DNA of 36,478 bases from an uncultured Acidobacteriaceae bacterium (GTDB lineage: Bacteria; Acidobacteriota; Terriglobia; Terriglobales; Acidobacteriaceae), in contig CAXTWP010000001.1 of the NCBI GenBank assembly GCA_964247945.1, positions 1 through 36,478 of the forward strand, written 5' to 3'. A model generated the notes under the pieces. The model saw only the letters and a program-made list of their open reading frames with translations. It did no database searches and was not told the origin of the DNA. The translations under genes were made by a program, and so were the position numbers. Of this stretch, positions 9,475-19,722 are shown piece by piece. Positions within the stretch are counted from its first letter, which is position 1, and the number at the start of each line of letters is the position of its first letter.

Positions 9475-10486
9475 CTACTGAGTTCCTGAACCGCTAATCC
9501 TCAGTAACAAGAGAGGGCTAGACGCGCTCTTATCTGTGGGATCGGGTGCAACTACGTAGACGTCCCCATTCGCGGGGTCGAGGGCCAGCGTTCGCGCCTT
9601 CGGAGCTGTCTTAAGCGTTTGAAACACTCGATACTCATCTGGAGAGCTTTGCTTCACGATACTAACCGTTCCAGCATCGCCATTGGAACTGAACAGCAAC
9701 CCACGTGCCGCGTCATACACAACTGCATCCGGGCCAGTTCCGATACCAGGCATGGCCACCAGCTTACCCGTGCCCGTGTCAAGGACTGGCATTTTCGCAT
9801 TGTCGCAAACAGAAAACAGGCGTCCGTGTTCCGAGTCGATTGTCATTCCGGTGGGACTCTCGCAGCCCGCTAGTGTCCAAGTCGAAACAACCCGATTCTC
9901 ATCCGCCGAGATCTTCAACACTTGATGGGTATCCTCGATGTTAACGAAGACATGACCCCTGCCATCGATGGCGGGGAATTCCGGTTTACCGGGCAGCGGA
10001 AGAGTTGCGACGACTGTCTCGCTCGCGAGATCAACAACAGAGAGGGTCCTGCCTTTCCCGTTGAATACGAACAAGTGGCCAGTAGTCATCTCAATGACCA
10101 TTCCGTCGGGATTGATTCCAACAGGAATCGACGCACCCTTCTCGAGGGTCCTGCGGTTGAATACGATCACCGCTCCGGCGCCACCATCCGATACGTATGC
10201 TTTTGTTCCGTCCGCCCCCCAATACGACAGCATGCGCATGGCTGAGCCCTGTCAGAGCTCCGATGGCGCGGCCGTTCACCGTATCGAATACAACCACTTT
10301 CGTTCCCTGCGCAATGAAAATGTTGTGCGTCACGGGGTCAAGCGTGAGGTAGTCATAGGGACCATTCACGTTTAGTGGGTAGGTATGCACAATCTGGTAC
10401 AAGCGTTCCCCACGCGCTTGCCCAAAGCTGAATGCGGAAGCAACAATCCACGTGAGGCAAAATGCTAATCGTAAACACGTGTTCAT
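9475..10486 (-). pseudogene. YncE/YVTN beta-propeller secreted protein, +1 frameshift in a G6 run (10215-10220)
   Basis: Signal peptide, YDYLTLDP, VGINPDG, GKPEFPAIDG, GTGPDAVVYD and ARTLALDP. Removing one G joins the two ORFs. Confidence 0.85.
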
Positions 10487-10633
10487 ACTCGTCTCCACAG
10501 TCCGATACTTGCGTTTCGTCTACGACTCACTGCTGTGTGTGCGATATGTGTTAACCAGCAGCAGATTGTTCAGCGGTCGAACAAGGACTTCTTAACAAGA
10601 CCGACCGTTCGACGGCGAGCCGAAACAAATGGT

Positions 10634-11320
10634 TCACGGCTCGAAACGCTCTTCAGCTCGAACCATGTATCCCTGTCCGCGAATAGTTTCGATAGAAGGC
10701 CCATTGCGGTGGCATCCCATCTTGGCGCGAAGCCTACTGATGCATACATCGACATTGTTTGCCTTGCCTCGCAAATCCTGATTCCATACACAATCGAACA
10801 GTCTGTCCCGCGATTGAACTGTGTTCTTGTGCTCAATGAGGTGCTTCAGAACGAGATATTCGATTGATGTCAGATGAATTCGTGCTCCATTGACTTTCAC
10901 CTCCTGTCTCCAACAGTCCAACTCGAGCCGCCGAGCGCGGAGCACTCGGAGAGTGGTAGCTGGTCTCCGGCGCGACAATGCTTGGACACGTGCTCGGAGC
11001 TCGGCGAATGCGAAGGGCTTAGTGAGATAGTAGTCCGCGCCGCCCTCAAACATTGCAACTTTACTAGCCAGTGCCGTGATCTTCGTTAGCATTAGAATCG
11101 GGACATCCTGATCATGACGGCGGATGTGCTTTAGCAGCTCGCAACCGGACATCACTGGGAGCTCTACTTCCAACACCACTAGATCGTATCTGAATGACTC
11201 GTAATAGTTGAGACCACATTGCCCGTCCCCCACTGTGTCCACAGCGTGCCTGTCCGCGACCAGGCCACGCCGTACAACGGCGGACAGTTCCGCGTCATCT
11301 TCAACATGCAGTATTCGCAA
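10634..11320 (-). CDS. OmpR/PhoB family response regulator, phosphoacceptor Asp replaced by Glu
   Basis: TTG start after AGGGG. RILHVEDD, YDLVVLEVELP, GADYYLTKPF and the wHTH VDVCISRLRAK...IETIRGQGY. Confidence 0.88.
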   Translation of the reverse strand: MRILHVEDDAELSAVVRRGLVADRHAVDTVGDGQCGLNYYESFRYDLVVLEVELPVMSGCELLKHIRRHDQDVPILMLTKITALASKVAMFEGGADYYLTKPFAFAELRARVQALSRRRPATTLRVLRARRLELDCWRQEVKVNGARIHLTSIEYLVLKHLIEHKNTVQSRDRLFDCVWNQDLRGKANNVDVCISRLRAKMGCHRNGPSIETIRGQGYMVRAEERFEP

Positions 11321-11399
11321 GTAGATCCCCTGTAAACAACGTGCTATCGGCCGAAAGAACGCTGAGTCACCTTGCGTACTAGACGACACTTCGAGAGCG

Positions 11400-14300
11400 T
11401 CAAAACAACAGCTTTGCTCCTAGTTGTATCTGACGTGAGTTGTTTGAGGTCTGGTTAAGAGCGGTTGGTAGCGCCGCGCCTGAAACGTCGTATACCGAGT
11501 TGTTCTGTCCGAAGGTGTTAAGGAAGCCAGGTGAAAGATAGTTGGGATGGTTAAGCACATTGAAGAATTCCGCTCGAAATTGAAAATTTAGTCCCTCGTG
11601 GATCCGATCCAGCTTGGTGTTCTTGAACAGAGAAAGATCAACGTTAGTGAGCTTCGGACCGGTGAACTGATTACGAGTTGTGTTTCCGACTACGTTTGAA
11701 CAGAATTGTCGGCCTGTTGGTAGCGCCGGCCCGCTGTAATTCGGATAAACGGTCGGCGCGCAACCGAATGGGTTTGCTGCGCTAGCTGCTGCCAACGCGG
11801 TAGGAGCGGTCGGCGGTGTGAAGCAGTTTGCGTTGATGAAATTGCGTCCCTTACCAGTAGGTGCACAGTTGGGCAGCAGGTCGGCGAAATCCTGCGAGAA
11901 ATCCCCGTTGAAGCCGTTTCCGAGCGGATCGTTGCCGCCACCGAATGTGACACTGAATGGAGCGCCTGTTTCGGCGAGGACAATTCCACCTAGCTGCCAG
12001 CCATTCGTCGCAAATGTGGCAATTGCGTTCGGGAACTTAGGTGCGGGAATGTTGTAGATGATGTTTCCGATTGCGACCTGATGGATATCGAAATCACAGG
12101 GGCCTACGCGAGCTGATTTTTGGGTTAACAAAGGTACGGCGATTGAATTGAGGAAAGTGTCGCCCGTCACTGGCGCCGAACTGCGATCTGTGCAGTGGGA
12201 GAAAGTGTAGGAGAACTGTCCTTGAAGTCCGTTTGAAGCGGCGCGTCTGACCTGTGCTTGGAGTGCATTGTAGCTGGAGGCTCCATCGAAAAGGACCGGC
12301 CGTATGCCTGCGCTGCCGCCGAAGTTGGGATCACGGCGTAAGCTCGTTACCGTATTGCTACAGTTATTGCTGGGATTGGTGAGCAAGGCGGGATTGCATG
12401 GAAAGACAATGCCGACGCCCTGAATGTGCTGCGACGGAACCAGGTTGATGTCGTCGGAGGCAACGGAAAGATGATTTGCCCGGGAACCGACGTACCCTGC
12501 GGTGATAGAGAAGCCTTTGGGGAGCTCGCGCTCGATGTTGACGTTCCAGTTATAGACTGCTGCGCGTTGAGGGTGCTGCTCTACGAAGCGGTTCCGGATC
12601 GTTTGCGGATCAAAACTGACATTCGGATCGATGCCTGTTCCTAACGTTGCGCTAGAGTCGAACCCAATAATCTGAAATGGTGCAGTGGCTGCGGTGTTGA
12701 GGCCGAATTCGTACGGGAGCGGCAATACATCGAAGATGCCAGCGGCGGCGCGGATCGCTGTTTTTCCGTTTCCCGCCGGGTCATAAGCAAATCCCAACCT
12801 TGGTTCGAAGTCATACTTGGTCGGGTTAGAGGCAAAGATTGTATCCACGCCAACCGGACCACAGGCAGTTGGACTAGCCGTGCAGTTATCCAGGGATGTG
12901 ATCTCTTGAAAGTGCGCAGTACTAACCGTGTATCCATTGACCGTATAGCCTGGTACCGTGTTGGAGTTGCTGGGCTTTGTCGCAGCCTCATAACGCAACC
13001 CAGTGTTGACGACTAGCCGCTTCGTAGCCTTCCAGTCGTCCTGGAGGTAAGCAGCGAACAGGCTCTCGCGAAGACCGACTGCGTGTGATCCCCCGGGGGC
13101 AACGGCGTTAAGTTTATTCGACGCGTTGGAGAGGAAGGCCGAAAGGGTCTTGTAGTTGTTGAACCGACCATTGGGACTTAGTGTCTCGTGCACGTTGTAT
13201 TGCATGCGCTCGAAACTAAAACCGACCTTGATTGATTGGGAACCGTGGGTTATGAAGGCGTCATCGTACAGCTGCAAGGACGTCCAAGCGTGGACGAACC
13301 TGTTGAAGCCATTCAGTCCGTAGGCGGTAGTAAGGCCTGTGACCGGAATCTGAGGTGGAGCGGCGGCCCCGGGAGCAACTGCAAGTGCGGCGCTTGTGCC
13401 CGCAGCGGTGCCCGAGACCGGGGCGTTGATAAGTCCCACGATCCGGCTGATCCCGCCGCGAGCAGTGTTTACAATTGCGCTATTGAATACGTGTGTCTCT
13501 TCCGCGGTGTAGAGCTGCCGGCTGGACGAGACTTCATGCACGGTATTGCCGAGGGGGTCGGCTTGGGTTTGTGGGCCTGAGTCGTGGAAAAATGTCCCGT
13601 CGAGACTGTCTTTCCCATTGAAGCGGTGGTCCAATCGAGCGATATAGTAATTCTCCGAAGCTTGAGTAGGGATGCTTGTGCTGTAGGTTTGCACGCCGAT
13701 GCCACCGTTCACACCCGTATCGGGCGAACCTGCCGGCGCAATCGGGTAGAGGTCTAGATAAGGCCGAATGGTGGGTACTGCGGCCGCGCGAGCCGCAGCA
13801 TTCGGAACCCGGTTTGTACCAGACTGCGACTGCGACTGCCGAATTCCTTCGTAGTCGAAGAACGCGAATGTCTTGTCGCGGAAGATGGGGAACCCTACCG
13901 AGCCACCGAACTGAACGCGACGGAAGGGCGGAATTCTTGCCGTGGCTGAGTCAAAGGCGTTCTTAGCGTCAAAAACGCTGTCGCGATCAAAAAAATACCC
14001 GTTACCATGAATGGCGTTCGTACCTGTCTTCGTTATTGCGTCAATTACCGCCCCAGAAGTCCGACCGTATTCTGCGCTTTGGTTGGCGGTGAGAACGGAG
14101 AACTGATCGATCGAGTCGACTCCTAGGTTTACGCCCGTAGCACCGCCTGGGGCAGCATTGGTGTAGTCATTTACAACCATTCCGTTGATACGATAGACGT
14201 TCTCATTTGGGCGATGACCTCCGTCCGACAGTTGATTCCCGAAACCTCTGTTACCCTTGTTCGCGCTGAACCCGGTTGTCGCTTGATTTGGGACAGACAC

Positions 14301-14819
14301 CACGCCAGGTTGGAGAGTCGCAAGCGAGGTCCAATCGCGACCGTTTAGCGGCAGTTCGCGAACGGTCTTTCCATCAACATTTGCGCCGACAGAGGATGAA
14401 CTCGTGTCCACCGAAGGAGCTTCCGATGTCACGACAACCGTCTCGGACACCTCGCCGACAGAAAGTGTCGGGTTGAAGCTCTCTTCATCACTAACACTGA
14501 GTGTGACACCCTTCTGCAATACGCTTGTAAAGCCTGTCGCTGACACCCTGACTTCGTACAAGCCCGGCTGCAGGTTCGGTGCTGAATAGACACCAGATGC
14601 GTTCGCAATCACTTTTCTTTCAGCACCCGTGGCTACGTTCTTGATCACCACTACGGCACGTGCGATCGTGGCGCCGGATCGATCTGTGACGGTGCCCGAG
14701 AGTGTGGCGCCCGCTACCTGAGCGCTTGCCCAAGGTGAACTGGCGGCGAGTACAGCAAAAAGCAAGCAGATGATCTTGAACTGCGCCGTTCTAGCCCGCA
14801 ACCTTCGTTGAACCTTCAT
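11400..14819 (-). CDS. TonB-dependent receptor, Oar-like, with N-terminal carboxypeptidase-regulatory-like domain
   Basis: Signal peptide, SGTVTDRSGA, ELPLNGRDW, SAEYGRTSG, QFRAEFFNVLNHPN and C-terminal RQIQLGAKLLF. Start reassigned to ATG 14819, which has an RBS. Confidence 0.93.
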   Translation of the reverse strand: MKVQRRLRARTAQFKIICLLFAVLAASSPWASAQVAGATLSGTVTDRSGATIARAVVVIKNVATGAERKVIANASGVYSAPNLQPGLYEVRVSATGFTSVLQKGVTLSVSDEESFNPTLSVGEVSETVVVTSEAPSVDTSSSSVGANVDGKTVRELPLNGRDWTSLATLQPGVVSVPNQATTGFSANKGNRGFGNQLSDGGHRPNENVYRINGMVVNDYTNAAPGGATGVNLGVDSIDQFSVLTANQSAEYGRTSGAVIDAITKTGTNAIHGNGYFFDRDSVFDAKNAFDSATARIPPFRRVQFGGSVGFPIFRDKTFAFFDYEGIRQSQSQSGTNRVPNAAARAAAVPTIRPYLDLYPIAPAGSPDTGVNGGIGVQTYSTSIPTQASENYYIARLDHRFNGKDSLDGTFFHDSGPQTQADPLGNTVHEVSSSRQLYTAEETHVFNSAIVNTARGGISRIVGLINAPVSGTAAGTSAALAVAPGAAAPPQIPVTGLTTAYGLNGFNRFVHAWTSLQLYDDAFITHGSQSIKVGFSFERMQYNVHETLSPNGRFNNYKTLSAFLSNASNKLNAVAPGGSHAVGLRESLFAAYLQDDWKATKRLVVNTGLRYEAATKPSNSNTVPGYTVNGYTVSTAHFQEITSLDNCTASPTACGPVGVDTIFASNPTKYDFEPRLGFAYDPAGNGKTAIRAAAGIFDVLPLPYEFGLNTAATAPFQIIGFDSSATLGTGIDPNVSFDPQTIRNRFVEQHPQRAAVYNWNVNIERELPKGFSITAGYVGSRANHLSVASDDINLVPSQHIQGVGIVFPCNPALLTNPSNNCSNTVTSLRRDPNFGGSAGIRPVLFDGASSYNALQAQVRRAASNGLQGQFSYTFSHCTDRSSAPVTGDTFLNSIAVPLLTQKSARVGPCDFDIHQVAIGNIIYNIPAPKFPNAIATFATNGWQLGGIVLAETGAPFSVTFGGGNDPLGNGFNGDFSQDFADLLPNCAPTGKGRNFINANCFTPPTAPTALAAASAANPFGCAPTVYPNYSGPALPTGRQFCSNVVGNTTRNQFTGPKLTNVDLSLFKNTKLDRIHEGLNFQFRAEFFNVLNHPNYLSPGFLNTFGQNNSVYDVSGAALPTALNQTSNNSRQIQLGAKLLF

Positions 14820-15064
14820 GCTGAATCTCCCTTTTTGAATCTTGCGAGTGACTTGTCTGCGACCGAAATGCAGTTTCCTGCTGTCACGGTTTGTGCACGC
14901 TGCGGTACTGGGGGCTTTGAAATTCGGACAACTCCGACCATCAGAATCGTTCACTGGATCAATGTGACCTCCCGTCGCCTGGCCTGTGAGCGGCAATCAA
15001 GAGCTCTCGTAAACCGGCGCCCGTCTTCCTGCTTGCCGAAAGCAAAACAACCGTACCAAAGCAA

Positions 15065-15090
15065 GTGCATTTAGTAAATAGCAAATGCAC
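15065..15090. promoter_or_regulatory. Putative GntR operator GTGCATTT-N10-AAATGCAC
   Basis: Perfect 8-bp arms upstream of the TonB receptor. Same span as the sites at 22443 and 25581. Confidence 0.6.
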
Positions 15091-15448
15091 AACAATTATC
15101 TCGTCAGATGGATGCATCCGGCCAAACGCAGTGCGGCCGTTGCACACCTCGGACGCAGGCGTGCAAGGGTCATCACCCCGCGTCTCCATGGCGAAGGTAC
15201 CTAAAAGGGGGGTGGAACACCATCTCGATCGAATGTCGCCGAAGAAGTGTCGCGCGGATTCGGCGAGCGTCATTACGCCGAACGAGGGTCTGGACTCGTT
15301 CGCTGTTCGCCGCGCTTTCCCAATCCGAAAGCAATTGGAGCGCTCTCGCGCTGGGCGGGCTTATGCTAAATCAGTCAGGCGGAACCGCACGGAAGGAAGC
15401 TTCTCGCATTGGTAACGGCACCGCCTACGACTCAGGGCCTCCCGCAGA

Positions 15449-16195
15449 TCAAGCACGCGGAGCCGCCACCAGTGCTCCCTCGCTGCCGTGACGCATAACG
15501 GCCCTCTGGATGAAGCCGGATAGTATCAATTCGTCTACGAAAGTTCTAAGAAACTCTAAGCCTTCCTGCCGCCCTCGCGGAATCGCCATTGCCTGATGTA
15601 TCGTCATGAAGTAGCCGTCGAGCAGCCGCAGCTCTGGCCGATCTTGCAAGTCGAACTGCAGTTGCTGGCGCACCCCAGCGGCAACGTCGAAGCCCCCCCG
15701 AACCATCAGATCAACCACAGCTGGGGATGTGTCGGCGCGAACTATTTCCGCTCTCTTAAGAGAACGACTGAGGAACAGATCGTATGCGCTTCCCAACCCG
15801 ACGACCACGTGCACATCCTCTGCATCAACCTCATCGTTGGTCGTGATCGCACTCAGCTTGCGTACCGCGTATGATCCAGCGATTAGAATGTATGGTCCGG
15901 TGAAAGCCATCTCTCTCGCTCGTTCCGGATCAATTGCGAGAAAGGCTACATCCCAACCATCCGACGCAACAGCCTCTACAACCTTTCCGGCGGCATCGAA
16001 TAGAACGAGCTCAAGCCCAACCCCTAAGCGCGCTGCAAGTTCGCGGCTGATATCCACAGAGATTCCTTGGGGCACTCCCGTCTCCGAGCAGCGTGACGCT
16101 AGGATGGGATTGCCAAAATTGATTGCGGCACGCAAAATTCCGTTCGGAGCAAGAGCATCAACACACCTACGGGGAACATCGGTCAAAAAGGACAT
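15449..16195 (-). CDS. Solute-binding-protein family 3 fold protein without signal peptide
   Basis: LRAAINFGNP, GISVDISRELAARLG, WDVAFLAIDPERA and FTGPY. AGGAG RBS supports the start. No ABC permease or ATPase nearby. Confidence 0.82.
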   Translation of the reverse strand: MSFLTDVPRRCVDALAPNGILRAAINFGNPILASRCSETGVPQGISVDISRELAARLGVGLELVLFDAAGKVVEAVASDGWDVAFLAIDPERAREMAFTGPYILIAGSYAVRKLSAITTNDEVDAEDVHVVVGLGSAYDLFLSRSLKRAEIVRADTSPAVVDLMVRGGFDVAAGVRQQLQFDLQDRPELRLLDGYFMTIHQAMAIPRGRQEGLEFLRTFVDELILSGFIQRAVMRHGSEGALVAAPRA

Positions 16196-16280
16196 AGAGA
16201 CTCCTAGTGAGACTTTCTAAGGGACTTTGACTCCGTATAAACTTCATTCATCGCTTTTCGAGCTGGCGGCCCGATCGAAC

Positions 16281-17177
16281 ATGGCACTAACCACACTACA
16301 AACACGTGCTCTGCGGGAGATCATCATTCATGTGCGACGGGAGGACCTGCCCGCTGGATCGCATCTTGCTGAGTCACACCTTTCTCGCATAATCGGCACT
16401 TCACGTTTTCCAGTTTCCGCTGCCCTTTCGCACCTGACCAAACTTGGCGTCGTCCGGCACGACAAGCACCGCGGATACTTCTTGGCAAAACGGGCTTCTG
16501 ATCTTGCCGATCTGGCACAAGAATGGTCGGACGCGGCTGAGAATCCCGTTTATCTTCATATCGCGGCGGCACGGCAAAAGCAATCGCTTCCGAATACGGT
16601 GAGCGAGGCGGAACTCATGACGCAATTCCACGTTTCCAGGAATGTCCTGCGCAAAGTCTTGTCGCGCATACAGGAGGAAGGTTGGATCGAACGTCGGACT
16701 GGACAGGGTTGGGAGTTTCTTCCCATGATCGATTCGGCGGAAGCGTATGAAGAGAGTTACGCATTTCGTCTGGCCATAGAGCCGGCAGGGATTTTGAGCG
16801 CCACGTTCACTCCCGATATAGCGGCGTTGATCGTCTGTAGAAAGCAACAAGAGTTTATCGTAGCGAGCGGGTACAAGACTATGACGGCGATAGAACTTTT
16901 CGAGTCAAACGCACGCTTCCATGAAACGATCGCGTCGTGCACCGGGAACAGATTCCTTCTGCAAACTGTCAGGCGGCTTGACCAATTGCGGAGACTCGTC
17001 GAGTACATGCAAGCCGAACGTCGATCTCCAAGGAAGTCCCAAGCACAGGAGCACTTGGCGATCATCGCTTCGATCCTTGAAGGAGATCTCTTGGGAGCGG
17101 CAACGAAGATGCGTTCCCATCTTGAGGGTGCGAGACGTGCCAAGTTGACCTCTATCGTCTTTCCGAAATCATCCTGA
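16281..17177 (+). CDS. GntR/FCD regulator with two tandem wHTH domains
   Basis: HTH1 LAESHLSRIIGTSRFPV...RGYF, HTH2 SEAELMTQFHVSRNVLRK...GQGW, FCD NARFH...EHLAII. Confidence 0.9.
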   Translation: MALTTLQTRALREIIIHVRREDLPAGSHLAESHLSRIIGTSRFPVSAALSHLTKLGVVRHDKHRGYFLAKRASDLADLAQEWSDAAENPVYLHIAAARQKQSLPNTVSEAELMTQFHVSRNVLRKVLSRIQEEGWIERRTGQGWEFLPMIDSAEAYEESYAFRLAIEPAGILSATFTPDIAALIVCRKQQEFIVASGYKTMTAIELFESNARFHETIASCTGNRFLLQTVRRLDQLRRLVEYMQAERRSPRKSQAQEHLAIIASILEGDLLGAATKMRSHLEGARRAKLTSIVFPKSS

Positions 17178-17222
17178 GATGGCGACTCCGTTGCACGTTA
17201 GGCGAATGAACGGATATTCTAG

Positions 17223-18476
17223 TCAGGGCGCTTTGCGACGATCCTCTTCGAAAAATACTATGCAAACCGGACTGCCCGTATTGATCATTTGTCCGGTTGG
17301 ACTGAGACCGCCAGAAGTGTTGTTCACATGAAATATGGAGATTGTGTCGCTGTTTTCATTCGCGACGTACAGAAATCTGTTGGCTGCATTCAGGGCGAAG
17401 AACCGTGGGCCTTTGCCCAGGCTTGGGGTCCACACGAGCGGACTAAGCAAACTATTTTCATTGTTGACTTGGAACGTTGCAATCGAATCATGACCCCGGT
17501 TTGAGACATATAGGAATTTGCCGGACGCTGAAATCGCAACTTCCGCAGCGGAATTATTCCCGGTAAAAGTGCTGGGTAGTGTTGAGTGAATTTCAAGGGG
17601 ATGCAGAGTGCCGGGCTTCGGTTCGAATGCATACGTCGTGACACTGGAGTCCAACTCGTTAACAACGTAAGCGTACGGCTTAGACGGATGAAAGACAATG
17701 TGTCTCGGGCCTGCTCCTTCACGCGTTACAGTCGACCCCAAATCAGCCAGGCTCAACCTCCCACCGGAATCGAGCTTGAGGGCGAAGATTCTATCCAGCC
17801 CCTTGTCGGGTACAAAGATTGTGGTACCTGCTGGATCAAAAACGATATGGTGCGGGTGAGAGCTGTCTTGTTGAGTCTTGTGGGGTCCAGGCGAACCTGG
17901 CAATGTTAATACGTGTACCAGCGCACCCAGCGCACCATCACTCCCCACGGCAAGGGAGGATACACTTCCCGTTGCGTAGTTCGCCACAATCATAAAACGG
18001 CCCGTCGGATCGAGCGCCAAGTGAACTGGATTCCGGCCTCCGGTAGAAACTCGGTTCAAGAACGTGAGCCTGCCGAGGTTCTCGTCCATGACCAAAGAGC
18101 TAATCTCGCTCTGATCCCCATGTACTGCATACAATGTTTTACCGAGATGCCCTAAAGCTAGGAACGACGGATTTACCAAGTTACTCACCGTCTGAAGATG
18201 TTCCCAACTCCCTGTTGCGGGATTCATCTGATATACGTTGATGCCGTCCCCATGTGCGCCGCGTTCTTTGGTCGTCCTAGATCCAACATACGCAATCATT
18301 CTTGCTTGTTGCTTCACGTCTGCCACCTCTGTTCTGAGCGCATTTGGGACGAACATCGCGTATGCGGATCGGCCGGCTAGAAGCAGCGCGTACTGAAGCA
18401 TCGCTCGACGTTGTGGTACCACCAATCTTGAAAACGGAACTTCCATTGCACGTAGATGCCTCCTGCTCATCATCAT
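17223..18476 (-). CDS. Lactonase (6-phosphogluconolactonase / cycloisomerase-2 beta-propeller family), possible Tat signal
   Basis: NPSFL, VANYATGS, HPHHIVFDP, GPRHIVFHP, YVSNRGHDSI and PRFF motifs. N-terminal extension contains QRRAML. Confidence 0.88.
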   Translation of the reverse strand: MMMSRRHLRAMEVPFSRLVVPQRRAMLQYALLLAGRSAYAMFVPNALRTEVADVKQQARMIAYVGSRTTKERGAHGDGINVYQMNPATGSWEHLQTVSNLVNPSFLALGHLGKTLYAVHGDQSEISSLVMDENLGRLTFLNRVSTGGRNPVHLALDPTGRFMIVANYATGSVSSLAVGSDGALGALVHVLTLPGSPGPHKTQQDSSHPHHIVFDPAGTTIFVPDKGLDRIFALKLDSGGRLSLADLGSTVTREGAGPRHIVFHPSKPYAYVVNELDSSVTTYAFEPKPGTLHPLEIHSTLPSTFTGNNSAAEVAISASGKFLYVSNRGHDSIATFQVNNENSLLSPLVWTPSLGKGPRFFALNAANRFLYVANENSDTISIFHVNNTSGGLSPTGQMINTGSPVCIVFFEEDRRKAP

Positions 18477-18503
18477 TAGTTCCTCCATGACTGCACGGTG
18501 TGG

Positions 18504-19667
18504 TTACCCAGCCCCTACAGGGGGAACGCAGACAAAGCCTTCCATCAAACGCCTTGCGCTCCTGCTCATCACCGCCTTTGCGATTGTCCATCGACCGTCA
18601 CGGAGCGAGGCTGTGGCCCCAACGCGCAGTGTTCCCGAAGGATGACCGAAAGTGATTTCATCCCTTCGTCCTCCGATGACTTCCTCTACTATTGTGCCCG
18701 GAATTGCTGCTGCGACAGCGACCGCGACGGCTCCTGTGCCTGTCATCGCGTGATGTAGCTTCCCCATTGAGAAAATTCTGGCAGTCAAGTCAATCTCCGA
18801 CCTGTTGATCCGCCTTCCGTTTGACGCAACATAATCTTGCGGAGCTGATACGAAAGCTAGTTTTGGAGTGTGGGGACGAAGAGATGTCGCTTCCGCCTCA
18901 GTGCTCACGAGGTGCATGAGAACCGCACCTTGTGCGCGTATGCTCTCGCAAATCCGCAAAAGTCGCTCATCTGAGTTGATTTCGTCTTGAAGTTCGTTAC
19001 CTCTAAGGCCAAGGGTCCGCGCCTCGACGAAGATAGTTGGGTTTCCGGCGCTAATTAGTGTCGCTCTGACCGGGCCGATTTCCGCTACATGTAATGTGTC
19101 TTGGAGATTTCCGGTCGGGAACATGGAACCGGAAGCGGCATCTTCTGAGCCTCCGGGATCTAAAAATTCCAATTTTATCTCCGCAGCTGGAAAGGTGACA
19201 CCGTCAAGTTCGAAGTTGCCCAACTCAACTACCTTTCCGCCTTTCATGGGTACGTAGGCGAGAATTTGTTTTCCAATGTTTGCCTGCCAGATGCGGACCA
19301 ATTGCAAGCCATCATCGACAGCCGCGACCAACCCTGCGCTGATCGCGTAAGGCCCAACAGCTGAGGTTAGGTTGCCACAATTTCCTGACCAGTCGATCGT
19401 AGGAGCCTCAATCGAAACTGCACCAAACAAATAGTCAACGTCACAGTCAATTTGTTCAGACTTGGAGATGATCACAACTTTGCTGGTACTTGAAGTTGCG
19501 CCACCCATTCCATCTATTTGTTGGCCGTACGGATCCGGACTGCCAATGACACGCAATAGGATTTGGTCACGAGCCACAGGATCTTGCGGCAGTGCGCTAG
19601 CTTGAAAGAATACACCTTTGCTGGTACCGCCGCGCATATAAACGGCGGGGATTAGCGTCTGTGCCAT
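18504..19667 (-). CDS. prpF: PrpF family aconitate/2-methylaconitate cis-trans isomerase
   Basis: YMRGGTSKGVFF, GGATSSTSK, WSGNCGN (catalytic Cys), SMGKLHHAMTGT and MSRSARRLMEG. Confidence 0.93.
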   Translation of the reverse strand: MAQTLIPAVYMRGGTSKGVFFQASALPQDPVARDQILLRVIGSPDPYGQQIDGMGGATSSTSKVVIISKSEQIDCDVDYLFGAVSIEAPTIDWSGNCGNLTSAVGPYAISAGLVAAVDDGLQLVRIWQANIGKQILAYVPMKGGKVVELGNFELDGVTFPAAEIKLEFLDPGGSEDAASGSMFPTGNLQDTLHVAEIGPVRATLISAGNPTIFVEARTLGLRGNELQDEINSDERLLRICESIRAQGAVLMHLVSTEAEATSLRPHTPKLAFVSAPQDYVASNGRRINRSEIDLTARIFSMGKLHHAMTGTGAVAVAVAAAIPGTIVEEVIGGRRDEITFGHPSGTLRVGATASLRDGRWTIAKAVMSRSARRLMEGFVCVPPVGAG

Positions 19668-19722
19668 GGTTCTCCTCGTAGTTTTGTGCCAAAAGAAATC
19701 CCACCCAAAGATGCAGACTCGC

